A stretch of 32,000 nt of DNA from Pseudomonadota bacterium (lineage in GTDB: Bacteria > Pseudomonadota > Gammaproteobacteria > JAGOUN01), in assembly GCA_040389005.1 (NCBI GenBank), contig JAZKAS010000032.1:17738-49737 (forward strand). The letters are read 5' to 3'. The notes under the pieces were generated by a model that worked only from the letters and a program-made list of their open reading frames with translations, had not been told where the DNA came from and made no database searches. Numbering within the stretch: the first letter of the stretch is position 1; each line of letters opens with the position of its first letter. This document shows, one piece after another, positions 1-10,146 of this stretch. The position numbers and the translations under genes were made by a program.

Positions 1-1027
1 ATGCTTCTTTAGAAATTAAATATTCCAAAAAAGAAACTCTCTTATTTTTACCAGGATATTCAACCATGGCGCCTAAATTAGAGTAAAAAAATAATTTGTA
101 CGCCAATTGATAGCAGCTATGCCGAAATAAAAACGCCAAAGCAGGAACCATTTGGCCCGCATTATCAGGATCTTTAATTAGACTATCTTCTTGCAAACCA
201 ACCGCTTGAATCTGCTCATCTGATAGCATATTCATGGCGGCGAATGCTTTTTTATAAAGCATTACGCTAAAAACAGAAACTGAATCAGCTTTTTTATTTG
301 GATTTCTAACCATCATATTCAGATCAAAACCGGGCGCTATTTTTATTGCAAATTTAAATCCTTGTTCATCTAGTGAAAATTTCAGAGCGGAGACCGTTCC
401 ATTTCCATCAAGAGATCGAATCATCGTATTTTGATTGAAACCAGCAGCACTCAATTGTTCAGGCAATAATCTCTCGAGAAAATCGAATTGTTTTTTTCTA
501 AGTAATAATTCTGGCGCAGATGGTGCGTACTGTTTTGTTTCTGTTGGCCCTATTAGTGCTTCATTTAAATTAAGCACTTGAACTATTCTATCAGGAACTT
601 TTTTTAAATACACAATGCCACCATGAATAAAAAAAAGTCCTAGTATCGTGAGTTGAATATAAGGATCCACCGTACTCTTGGCTATCGCATTAAAATTTAT
701 ACTTGCAAACTGTGCTGTACTAAATTTATTGAGAAAATTTATTTGATTTTTAACAATGAAGCACTCAATAACAGATACACCCTCTCTGTTTATAGAGGAA
801 TTGACGTCTATACGTTTAATTTGTTCTTTGGATAGACATTCAACGGCCATCACTGGCATTTTCTCCATTAATTGCCCAAAAATAGTAAGCCCATGAACAT
901 GATACCCAGGCTCATCAATCACTAAATTTAAATCAATATCCCGATACTTTGCGAACAAAGCTTTGACCAAATCAACTTGAGCATGCTCCAGCTTGTCTAA
1001 CTCTTTTGAAAATTGAATGATGCTCAC
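1..1027 (-). CDS. Hypothetical protein, partial (C-terminus runs off the left edge)
   Basis: Manual reading of the minus strand finds an uninterrupted frame from GTG at 1027 (upstream AAGGA SD-like sequence) through position 1: VSIIQFSKELDKLEHAQVDLVKALFAKYRDIDLNLVIDEPGYHVHGLTIFGQLMEKMPVMAVEC... to ...GAMVEYPGKNKRVSFLEYLISKEA. At least 342 codons. Absent from the ORF track, presumably because its stop lies outside the window. Confidence 0.8.
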   Translation of the reverse strand, partial: MSIIQFSKELDKLEHAQVDLVKALFAKYRDIDLNLVIDEPGYHVHGLTIFGQLMEKMPVMAVECLSKEQIKRIDVNSSINREGVSVIECFIVKNQINFLNKFSTAQFASINFNAIAKSTVDPYIQLTILGLFFIHGGIVYLKKVPDRIVQVLNLNEALIGPTETKQYAPSAPELLLRKKQFDFLERLLPEQLSAAGFNQNTMIRSLDGNGTVSALKFSLDEQGFKFAIKIAPGFDLNMMVRNPNKKADSVSVFSVMLYKKAFAAMNMLSDEQIQAVGLQEDSLIKDPDNAGQMVPALAFLFRHSCYQLAYKLFFYSNLGAMVEYPGKNKRVSFLEYLISKEA

Positions 1028-1349
1028 TACGCTTTCCTTTTTTATATACCGGTTTTACTGGTTACAAACATATGATCAATAATAGCACAATAACAAGGTA
1101 AATTCTACAAATTAAGCTTATTTATCTAATTTAATCAATAATTTGCGATTAATTTTTAAACAATTGCAAACTTAGTCATGACGTAATTATTCATTGAAAC
1201 AGTCAACACAAGGCTCTGGCGATAAAAATAACAAAGCAACTCGAAAAAAAAATATAAAATCGCAAATGGATGGCACTTGAAACTTTATTGACACTTTACC
1301 AATATCAACAAAATAGTTGATTGCTAATTGACTAGATTACTCGGACCCA

Positions 1350-3312
1350 TTGATTTATGATGAAAATATGTTTGGGCTGCGAGAAGGGTTTTTAAACAAA
1401 AAAAACAAGCTAAAATCAACACACGACACCACTCTTGCTGCTAATGCTTCAAAAGTTGAACTTCCTATAAACGAATCACTGCCCCCTGCTATAACAGCAA
1501 CGGCTCAAACAACAAACCTTATTAAACCACCACTTGTATTTGACGATCATAGATGGGTGTGTTGAGAGAAAAATTGAATCACCTATTTATGTTGCAATTG
1601 ACGAGCTAATCAATATACGCACAGAAGAAAGTATCGTCGTCATTGAGCGCCATGAATTTCCAATTCATTTTACTCCATATAGCATAAAGCAAGAACTGAC
1701 AAAACGCGGCAGCTCATTAGCCGTACTTGACGCCGAGCCACTCGGATGCTTAGTGGCATATGAAAAAATTATCATGCAGCGATTACAGTTGTTAGCTGAA
1801 CGCATGACATCAAATAATCAAGAAGTCACAAAAAATACATGCGCCCATCCAACTATTTTAATAGATATTTCTCAAAATATTGAAGAACAGATGGAAAATC
1901 AATTAATGCATTTTGATTTTTCAAAGGAAAAAAATATTATAGTTAAACCTACTTATTCTACTCTGGGCGCTAACATTTTTTGTTGCAGCAAAGACATTTT
2001 ACTTGAAAAACTAATGGAACTAAAAAGTACTTACCACTCTGCGAAGCCATATCATAGAACTGCGGAAGATGTTCTAAGAATGGTTAGTGTAGGCACATCA
2101 GGCACCTTTTCTGGCACAAAAAGTGACTTTAAAGAAAACTGCAGAAAAATGGGCGCCGATTCATTGTTAGCGGAATTTGATACGCGTGATAAACAGGATC
2201 CATTTTTTATCATTCAACCTATTAAAAGTGATGTTGTTTTGGCAACACATTCACTTGTATTAACAAGAGAATATTTGCCAACTTATAGAACCTTCATCCT
2301 AGTAGCTCAAGATAGCAATACCCCTGATAATGTTTCAGTACAACTATTGAGTAAAGTGCAGGTTATATTACCTCAGCAACATTATAGCGCTAATGAGAAT
2401 ATAAGAAAAAGCAGCGTTGTTGCAGGCAATAGCCACAAAAGTCGAAGCTATATCGAAAAAGATAATGAAATTTATGAGTGTGTCATAGAAGCATTGAACA
2501 CCCCTCAAACCAAAAAATTCTTTAGCTTCATTTTTGGTGGTCATCAGAATATATTGCGCCAGCTACAAACTAATTTTCCCGAACAAGAAAATTATTGGCG
2601 CTCAATTAGCACTTATCCTCCTTATCAACGTATGTTCAATCTTCCTATACCCCAAACAGAGACGATAAGATATCAAAATATTATGATGCTTTATAGATTG
2701 ATGCGATTCTCCAATTACAAAAGCGCAGATCAGCTTGCAACTTCGTTGACATTACTCGAACTTTACACTGAAATTAAAAGAAAAAACCATGCAGCACCAT
2801 CGTATATTAAATATTTTTTAATTAGTTTTAATTATGCAAATAATATGATTAATTTTCTCTTGGTCATGTATGAAAACAAAAATAATCCATTTTTAGTAGC
2901 GTTAAATATTAAACGGTTACTAGGATCAATAGAAGTCTATACAGACGCACTGAAGCTTCTAAAAGACAGTAACTATATTGATCTAATTTATGATTGCACA
3001 AAAAAAGTATTAAAATTATTTGAATTGCTATTTCCAGACGCAAAAAAATTACGTAAACCACCCTCTCAACCAAAACTCGACCAAAACTGGGTTGAGTTTT
3101 TTAAGCAAAAATCTGCCAGAGACACTGCCATTGATTTGACTATAGGACTTTTTAGAGCTGAACCCTGTTTAATTGATGCAAGATCGTCAGAAAAAAGCAA
3201 AGCAGAAGAAATTGTTGAGCACAGATTAGCGCTTTCACAATGGTCAACGTTGTATTTTCATAGCATTCAAATTACAAAAGAAATTATTGAGCCAGCATAT
3301 CCGAGCGTGTAA
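1350..3312 (+). pseudogene. Large hypothetical gene, probably split by a frameshift (71 aa ORF 1350..1565 plus 592 aa ORF 1534..3312)
   Basis: The 592 aa ORF lacks a nearby in-frame ATG (TTG start only). A 71 aa ATG ORF in another frame ends inside its 5' end, at GTG TGT TGA G. Confidence 0.45.
1534..3312 (+). CDS. Hypothetical protein, 592 aa
   Basis: Long ORF in the provided track; no domain recognised. Confidence 0.7.
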   Translation: MYLTIIDGCVERKIESPIYVAIDELINIRTEESIVVIERHEFPIHFTPYSIKQELTKRGSSLAVLDAEPLGCLVAYEKIIMQRLQLLAERMTSNNQEVTKNTCAHPTILIDISQNIEEQMENQLMHFDFSKEKNIIVKPTYSTLGANIFCCSKDILLEKLMELKSTYHSAKPYHRTAEDVLRMVSVGTSGTFSGTKSDFKENCRKMGADSLLAEFDTRDKQDPFFIIQPIKSDVVLATHSLVLTREYLPTYRTFILVAQDSNTPDNVSVQLLSKVQVILPQQHYSANENIRKSSVVAGNSHKSRSYIEKDNEIYECVIEALNTPQTKKFFSFIFGGHQNILRQLQTNFPEQENYWRSISTYPPYQRMFNLPIPQTETIRYQNIMMLYRLMRFSNYKSADQLATSLTLLELYTEIKRKNHAAPSYIKYFLISFNYANNMINFLLVMYENKNNPFLVALNIKRLLGSIEVYTDALKLLKDSNYIDLIYDCTKKVLKLFELLFPDAKKLRKPPSQPKLDQNWVEFFKQKSARDTAIDLTIGLFRAEPCLIDARSSEKSKAEEIVEHRLALSQWSTLYFHSIQITKEIIEPAYPSV

Positions 3313-3563
3313 ACCACCAAATCAATGAGCAACTCTAGGTAGTTACATCAAATTTAAAAACCTAAAAGAGGCGCTAAATCAGCGTTATAATATCGATTGT
3401 CAACACACCCTAATGATATTAATTTTTATCTTTTCTAGGATGCCCCCAAAGTTGCCTCCTTTGATTTCTACAAAGGGTACATTTTAAATAATTAAATTTT
3501 TTAAGATTTGTTTAATATATGATCTGTGATAATACGCCAAGTTATAAAACTCGAGGACACGCC

Positions 3564-4454
3564 ATGGACCTTAGTCAAAGCAAAAAAAAATCAACTGGCG
3601 CCGAGCCAACAAAAGTTTATTTATATAAAATAAAACCAAACGATATTTGTAATGAAATGGATGCCCTCCCTGAATCTAGTCCAACATTTCAGGGAATAGG
3701 TAAATCCAAAACTCTCCGCTTATTACGATTGGACATCAATCAAAAATTAAACCTGTATATTAAATATCATAACCGCACATTAACGCAAATCACTGAAACA
3801 ATATTTCATCGAGAAAATCAAAAAAAAGACAAATGCCCAGCGTCATTAAAGGCGAAAGTAGCTAGCAAATTTCTAGATTATATTTGTAAAAGCGGCGGTA
3901 TATCAGGAGCAGATATTTATCTGGAAGTTTATAACGGATTTATTTACTGTTTTTATAAAAATGACAGTGCATCAATTTTAGAAATTCAAAATAAATTTGC
4001 ATCACTTCTTGATGAACATAATTTATCCGCTGAAGCGTTTTTCGATGTTTCAAATGAGACAATAAAGTTACCCGAAATAATTCAAAAATTTTTATCTCCA
4101 ACAACACCTTTTGAAACCGAAATCGCTCAACTCAGAAAATTCATCGATCATTACAATAGCTTTATTGTTCAAGCAACACAAAAAACCATAAACATAACAA
4201 CCCTCTTCGGCGAGAGAAAAATAAGCCTCACAGGATTAGTAGAATCAGCAGCAAAAACTAATGTCGCAAATGCGTTGATTGCTGAATATGAAACTGAAAA
4301 TCCAAATATTAAAGACCGTTATCTTCAATCACTTACCGAAAATGGATTAACTTCAGATAAATTTTTATCTGGACAAACTAAATATTTTTTATCTGCAGCA
4401 CTGATAGAAAAATTAGAAGACTTTGCCATCAATGTAGATAATTGTGCTAATTAA
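3564..4454 (+). CDS. Hypothetical protein
   Basis: ORF 3519..4454; the internal ATG at 3564 (MDLSQSKKKSTG) follows GAGGA and is the likelier start. Confidence 0.7.
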   Translation: MDLSQSKKKSTGAEPTKVYLYKIKPNDICNEMDALPESSPTFQGIGKSKTLRLLRLDINQKLNLYIKYHNRTLTQITETIFHRENQKKDKCPASLKAKVASKFLDYICKSGGISGADIYLEVYNGFIYCFYKNDSASILEIQNKFASLLDEHNLSAEAFFDVSNETIKLPEIIQKFLSPTTPFETEIAQLRKFIDHYNSFIVQATQKTINITTLFGERKISLTGLVESAAKTNVANALIAEYETENPNIKDRYLQSLTENGLTSDKFLSGQTKYFLSAALIEKLEDFAINVDNCAN

Positions 4455-4490
4455 GTAGGTAATATCTGCCGTAAATTACCTACTTCTTTG
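4453..4490 (+). terminator. Candidate intrinsic terminator
   Basis: Perfect 11-bp inverted repeat AAGTAGGTAAT (4453-4463) / ATTACCTACTT (4475-4485), followed by a T-rich stretch, directly at the stop codon of the upstream CDS. Confidence 0.55.
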
Positions 4491-4616
4491 ATTTGGTACC
4501 TACTTAATTATGAGCTCACTGAAGATTATCCCGGATTGTGTTAAATATTGTAATCTCGTTTGCAAAACCCTTGGCTTTAATTGTAATGGCAGGCAAAAAA
4601 TCCGCGCTTGTGTGAT

Positions 4617-5504
4617 TTAAGGCCCTCGTAATTCAGCGGCAACAATGCCATTGTTATTTTGAGCTCCGCCGCCAAAATGCCCGGCTCTCAAAATATGTGG
4701 GCTTACATGGCTTGCAGGCTGTGCTCTTACTGAAGGTTGTAATGCAAGGATTTCATTTACAAAAAGCAATGAATCGCTGGAAATTAAACGTATCAACACC
4801 TCGGCGCTTTTCATGTTATTTTTAAAGCCATTAGAAACTATGCAAGCTAACGAAAAAACAATACTTACGGTGCTCATGCACACAGCGCATAACGTTTTAT
4901 TGTTAATATTAAAATATAAAAAACCAAGAACTGCGACCAAGACAAGAAATCTTAGTAAATTCTCAGTTCGCATACCGTTATTGAATGCATCGATGTCGAA
5001 AGTGCATGATTCTAAAAACCTCTTTCTTGATGCATCTATCTCCACAAGTTCATGATTGAAATCTTGCTTAAGAGATATTATTGTATCTGCTTTATCTTGC
5101 GATATAGCTTCGCATGCCGCTTTAAAGGTAGATAAATCTTGTGCTGCAAGCATAATAAGAGAGATAACAAATGCATGTAAGTTCATTGCTATTGCTTTGA
5201 TTTCTGGGTCTGTTTTTCCTGCTATAGCCAGAGTCGATTCAAGAAAGTATATTTTAGCTGGTTTTGTTTTTGTAAGCTCTTCTCTCTGATAGAACCCAAT
5301 AAGCATGCATTTATGTTGCACCTCGCCCTGTTGGCCAGGTTGTTGACTACATTCTTTGTGGAGTTTTATCAGCCTGCGGAGAAGGTCGGATTCAAACGCC
5401 TGTAATAACCTACTCACTTTTTCAAACTCGTCGTGTTTATATTGGTATTGCCCGCCCAATTCATTGACAAGAAAATTTTTATCATCTCTTAAGAACGCGA
5501 GCAT
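4617..5504 (-). CDS. Hypothetical membrane protein, 295 aa
   Basis: Long ORF with hydrophobic segments (LLRFLVLVAVLGFLYFNI; TLCAVCMSTVSIVFSLACIV). Confidence 0.65.
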   Translation of the reverse strand: MLAFLRDDKNFLVNELGGQYQYKHDEFEKVSRLLQAFESDLLRRLIKLHKECSQQPGQQGEVQHKCMLIGFYQREELTKTKPAKIYFLESTLAIAGKTDPEIKAIAMNLHAFVISLIMLAAQDLSTFKAACEAISQDKADTIISLKQDFNHELVEIDASRKRFLESCTFDIDAFNNGMRTENLLRFLVLVAVLGFLYFNINNKTLCAVCMSTVSIVFSLACIVSNGFKNNMKSAEVLIRLISSDSLLFVNEILALQPSVRAQPASHVSPHILRAGHFGGGAQNNNGIVAAELRGP

Positions 5505-5778
5505 AGCGTATTCCTTTTTTCAAGCATTAGCGAGCAATTGTATATTCTTTAGCTTAAAGCTTTGTTAAATCAGCGTGGATCAATAGCATCATGCGCGTAA
5601 AGGGATTATTTGAAAAAACGTTGCCCGCCAGTAGTTATTGTCATTACTACATTAGTTCGCTCTCTATCGACAAGATGGATCGCATCAGTGAAGCGGTACG
5701 TGCACACTGGGGGATAGAGAACTTGATAGATCAGTCAATCACTTGACAAATGAGTATGGCTTTAGCAATTAGGCCACT

Positions 5779-6573
5779 TTAAAAACGATAAATTAACCCT
5801 ACTAACAAGCTTTGAATAGTCAGATCTGCGCTGCTATTCATTGAGCTAGAGAACTCCGATAAGGTCGGCGTTGGGGTAATCGCATAATCGGTACTTATTG
5901 TCCCAAAATCGGAATATAGGTATTGTATTTGAAGAAACCAATTGTCGTTAAAAGCATACTCACCGCCCGCCCCTAGAGCCCAACCGTATTTCATTTCTGA
6001 AGTAGTTCCTGATCCATATGCGCCCGGTAGATTAAGGCCCAGCTGAGAATTATCATCACTATATGAAGAAGTATATTCAAGATTAGTCATTGCAGGGCCG
6101 CCAGTTAAATAAACTAACCAACGATTTTCTGCATAGCCTATCTTTAAACGTAATGTCCCTTCCCAATTGGCCTTAAGGGTCTCATTAGTCGCAAATTGTA
6201 TGCTGGGATCTGAGGTAAAAGTGTTATATCCAGAATGAGAACTATTTAGAGACAGCGTGTTAAAGCTCGCTTCACCTCCTATAACAATATGATTAAATTG
6301 GCGCTCATAGCCTCCAAATATACCGCCAGAAAAACTTCGCTCTGATAAATCATCATCAGCGGCAGCGGCAATCTCAGGAGCGTCTTGCGTATAATTAAAG
6401 TAAGTACCCCCTGGCGCCACAGAAGTTTGCATTTTTGTCTTGCTGAGCACACTTCCCATATCAGCACCGACATAAAATCCATTCCATTTTTCTTCATTTT
6501 GAAGAGAAAAAGCTTGTGTTGCCAAAAACAACAAAAGACATCCCTGCAAAAAAGTACAAACTTTAAAACTCAT
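5779..6573 (-). CDS. Outer-membrane beta-barrel protein (porin/Omp25-like family)
   Basis: Signal-like N-terminus; NGFYVGADMGS start of barrel; FSGGIFGGYERQF; LRLKIGYAENRWLVYLTGGPA; WALGAGGEYAFNDNWFLQIQYLYSDFG; terminal LVGLIYRF ending in an aromatic residue. Confidence 0.85.
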   Translation of the reverse strand: MSFKVCTFLQGCLLLFLATQAFSLQNEEKWNGFYVGADMGSVLSKTKMQTSVAPGGTYFNYTQDAPEIAAAADDDLSERSFSGGIFGGYERQFNHIVIGGEASFNTLSLNSSHSGYNTFTSDPSIQFATNETLKANWEGTLRLKIGYAENRWLVYLTGGPAMTNLEYTSSYSDDNSQLGLNLPGAYGSGTTSEMKYGWALGAGGEYAFNDNWFLQIQYLYSDFGTISTDYAITPTPTLSEFSSSMNSSADLTIQSLLVGLIYRF

Positions 6574-7156
6574 AATAAATCCCTATATTAATTTTCTGAA
6601 TAGTATCAACATATAAATGAAAAAATCAATTGGCTTTTGTTAGCCATAAAAAGAGGGAAATCGTGAGGTTGTGCAAAAAAGATCTTATCACAACGTTGTG
6701 TTTCTAATAAGCCAATGCTCTTCAAGAGGGCGACCAATCGGTAGCCCCTACGCGCCCACCATCAACGCAAAACCTAACGAGTGCGTACGTTCACTACTTT
6801 TAAAATAATAAATTATTTTTCCACGTGCGGGGATTATTTTTTATGTACTTGCGAATATGCAACAACGATTTTTCATTGCACAACATGTCCAAAATCATTT
6901 AAGAGCATCACCTCGTTTTCAATTTCTCCAAACAAGCATTAAAATAAATAGCAATTAAAAAATATGACCGTGAACATATCGTAAAGCATTAAACGAATTA
7001 GGGGTGCTTTAAATAAAGGCTTTTTTCGAGATCCACGCCCTAGAGAAAAAGTCTTAGGGGGCAGAATTAAGCTTAGCGCCCTCTTAGGTAGAAAAATATG
7101 GCCATATCCACTATAATCGTCGCCATTCTTTATATTGATGAAGCGACACAACAAAA

Positions 7157-9022
7157 ATGCCAGAGCTTGGTTTATTAGGACAACTGACAACCCAAAAATA
7201 CGTGATGGCATCGTTTTTAAAGGAGTGGTTGCCAGTTCAATCCATCGTCAATCTTTGGACAAGCGCTGGCACTTCAAGCATACTGATACGCTCCTCTCTG
7301 TTTATGAGTCCACAACACAGCCTCACTCAGCTGACCTTAGAAAAAGCAACCGTTTCGGATTTAAAAAAATTCTTGCGCGTGCTTGTGAATACTAAATTTT
7401 CTAGCCCAATCTACTCAGCCGAAGAAATTAAGAAAAAGATTTTGAGTTCACTAAATCAGCCAGACGCAGATCTCGAGTATCGACTGCTGGCATTGAATTT
7501 TTTGAATGAAAATCCATTTACATTTGAGCGACCACGTAATTACGATCGATTAACTTTATTGCTTTATTGCGCAAACCCTTCGATAGACCCAGGCTTCATC
7601 GCTAAAGAAATTCAACGGCTCTTATACAAAGCTCGAGAAAATTTTCAAAGAATAAGGCAGCGCAGCAAGTTGAATAACGAACTCCATGATCCAACAAAAG
7701 CAATTATTATAGATATTGTGCTCATGCTAAACTCAACCGCACATAAGCTCGAAAGAAATCAAGCAGGAGCACTCATTGCACAAGCATATAATTTTTGCAA
7801 GAAGGCTCGAAGCTATTTTAATTGGCGTAATATGCAGGAAACGATCTATTTATTGGCCATGCTTACCGTTAAGTATCAAGTCAAAGAGCTTCACGAGCTG
7901 GTAGAATTTCTAGCTGATTTGGATGAAAGCTCGCAAGGCAGTATATATCCAAACTCCTCTCTTTGCCGCACTATAAGCGAAGTTGCTTCTCAGCATCCAT
8001 CTACTTTTACGACCGCAATTTCCCAAGGCTTACTGAATAATATCAGCAATAATGTTGCTCACGCATACGCTGTACTAGAAGCTGAGAAAAATAATTTTCT
8101 TGGGGACAGTCAGAGCGACCTGGTGAAAAATGCGTTCTGGACACTGCTAAACCCTCCCGATATACGCCTTCAACAGAAAATGATAGAACATGTTATACAT
8201 TTATGGAGCCACCTTGGAGACAGCACGCGTGGTACGATCAGTGATAAGTTATTGGCACTGCTAAGCGATAGCGATGACAAGTATAGCCGCCCCGTTCGTG
8301 GCGAGGCAATAAGGGCTGTCACACATTTATGGAATCACTTTGGTGACAATCTGCGTGAGGCAATGAGCAATAAGTTATTTGCGCTGCTAAGCGATACCAG
8401 ATCTGACGTTTGTGGCGAAGCAATAGAAGCTGTCGCATGTTTATGGCATCACCTTAAAGACAATCAGCGTGACATTATAAAAAATACGTTATTGACGCTG
8501 CTAAGTCATGCCGATATTAATATTCGTAGCTCGGCGATAGCCGCTGCTACAGGTTTATGGGATCACTTTGAAGACAGCCAGCGTGACATCGTGAAAAACA
8601 CGCTATTAGAGTTGCTAAGCAGCCATGTCAACTTTGATTTTCGTGACGCTGCCGCAAGTTTATGGGATCAGTTTAATGACAGTCAGCGTGACAATATATT
8701 ATCTAGACTACTACGTACTAATAAAAAGGCTTTGCTCAATGATGATAAGACATTTATTATCTCTATCATCAGCGCGTTAAGCGAGAGACAAGTATCGACC
8801 ATCCTTGAAAGGATAGTCGAATTTTTAGACGATGCTGATGTCGATGTTCGTACAAAAGCGTTTGATATTTTTACGTGTATCATTTGCCATCATCCAGACC
8901 ATGACTATCATGCTCATCTCAATGCCTTGAAAGATCCATTACTAAAAGCTTATCTTGTTCATGCCGCTGATACGATAAGAGCCGCATTGCAATTGCCAGC
9001 ACCAATCAACAGCCATCCCTGA
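7157..9022 (+). CDS. HEAT/ARM-like repeat protein, 621 aa
   Basis: Tandem ~39 aa units with 'LWxHxxDxxRxxxxxxLLxLLSxxxxxxRxxAxxAxxxLW' around 8190-8690 and a HEAT-like C-terminus (ILERIVEFLDDADVDVRTKAFDIFTCII). Confidence 0.75.
   Translation: MPELGLLGQLTTQKYVMASFLKEWLPVQSIVNLWTSAGTSSILIRSSLFMSPQHSLTQLTLEKATVSDLKKFLRVLVNTKFSSPIYSAEEIKKKILSSLNQPDADLEYRLLALNFLNENPFTFERPRNYDRLTLLLYCANPSIDPGFIAKEIQRLLYKARENFQRIRQRSKLNNELHDPTKAIIIDIVLMLNSTAHKLERNQAGALIAQAYNFCKKARSYFNWRNMQETIYLLAMLTVKYQVKELHELVEFLADLDESSQGSIYPNSSLCRTISEVASQHPSTFTTAISQGLLNNISNNVAHAYAVLEAEKNNFLGDSQSDLVKNAFWTLLNPPDIRLQQKMIEHVIHLWSHLGDSTRGTISDKLLALLSDSDDKYSRPVRGEAIRAVTHLWNHFGDNLREAMSNKLFALLSDTRSDVCGEAIEAVACLWHHLKDNQRDIIKNTLLTLLSHADINIRSSAIAAATGLWDHFEDSQRDIVKNTLLELLSSHVNFDFRDAAASLWDQFNDSQRDNILSRLLRTNKKALLNDDKTFIISIISALSERQVSTILERIVEFLDDADVDVRTKAFDIFTCIICHHPDHDYHAHLNALKDPLLKAYLVHAADTIRAALQLPAPINSHP
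8190..8690 (+). repeat. Internal ~117-bp HEAT-like repeats
   Basis: Recurring TTATGG(A/C/G)(A/G)(C/T)CA(C/G) blocks about every 117-126 bp. Confidence 0.6.
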
Positions 9023-9395
9023 AGCGAAGCATAATGCTAAAAAACAAAATCAATCTTTAAAAAAAATGTATCTGTTTTTACAATAATAGCGCCCTTTCAT
9101 TTTGAAGTGGCGGCGGCAATCAAATCAGTGTATTAACTTATTGATAAATAAGGATATTAATTTTCTTATATTCACAGATGCCCCCAATGTTGCCCCCATG
9201 CATACCACTTGAGCCCTATCACTAATCTTTTATGAATCACAGTTTTTCATTCGCGATTCGCGAATTACGAATGAAAAATATTCAAGATTCAAGAATCCTG
9301 AATATTCATGCGATCAATAGAGCAAAAAATGAATGGCTTTTAGCCTGAGCTCTCACCCCGCAAGCTACTTGCTACTCTGCTGAGTAGTAATCAAA

Positions 9396-10107
9396 TCAAA
9401 CTTGAGTTGACCGCTCTGGAACTCTCTTGATCCTTTTTTGAGAGTGAAGGCTTATTTTTAACTCAGGGAAATTTTCAGGTAAAGTATCGATGCCATCCAA
9501 TAAGTTTGCCATAAATTCATTGGCTTTACTCTCTTGCAAAGAGTATCCCTCCCCCACTGAATGTCCATATGAATTTCCATCGACAATAGACGTTCTAAAT
9601 TTTTTGATAAAAGCAGATGTTTCTCTGCCAAAAAGAAAATAGCTTTTTCTCCAAATAAAATCAATTTCTTTTATGAGATCATCTTTCCACGTCTTATATG
9701 ATGCCACAGAATTTACTTGATCATTGCTAGGATGATAGTAATCCCATAGCACTTTATCTATTACAGAAAACACTTCATATCTTTTTTCAAACAGGTCCTT
9801 ATTGTAATTTGCTTCATCAAGCTTGTACTTAAGCGCAACAAATATTGAACCATAGGATGAAGCCAATAAGGTAAAAGCCCAAACCTCACGATAGCAACAT
9901 GATAAAATAATTGTTATTATAAAAAAAGAAACTGTGACAAGCATTGGGTCTGTTTTAAAAGGATTCCTACAAACCCAGTTTTTTACAGTAAAAAATATTT
10001 CTTTAGCTTTACTATCGAAACGACATTGCCAAGATAGACATAGCTCACTCACCCCTCCTATACCAGCAATTTTTCCAGTATTATTGCATTTTCTACATTC
10101 CCAACAC
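9396..10107 (-). CDS. Cys-rich N-terminus plus transmembrane hypothetical protein
   Basis: ORF 9396..10133; the internal ATG at 10107 follows AAAGAGGAAAGGAAT (strong SD). CWECRKCN...CLSWQC motif, then TM segments MLVTVSFFIITIILSCC and VWAFTLLASSYGSIFVAL. Confidence 0.7.
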
Positions 10108-10146
10108 ATATTCCTTTCCTCTTTAACGAGCAAGCTACTTAAGATC

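Noticed and set aside
653-835. 60 aa + strand ORF
   Set aside because: Antisense to the long minus-strand coding frame 1..1027.
1550-1560. Programmed +1 frameshift at TGT TGA G, by analogy with prfB
   Set aside because: Lacks the prfB slippery CTT TGA C context and an obvious upstream SD-like stimulator; ordinary mutation or sequencing error is more likely.
6939-7211. Minus ORF of 90 aa
   Set aside because: No domain or clear SD; overlaps the start region of the HEAT-like gene.
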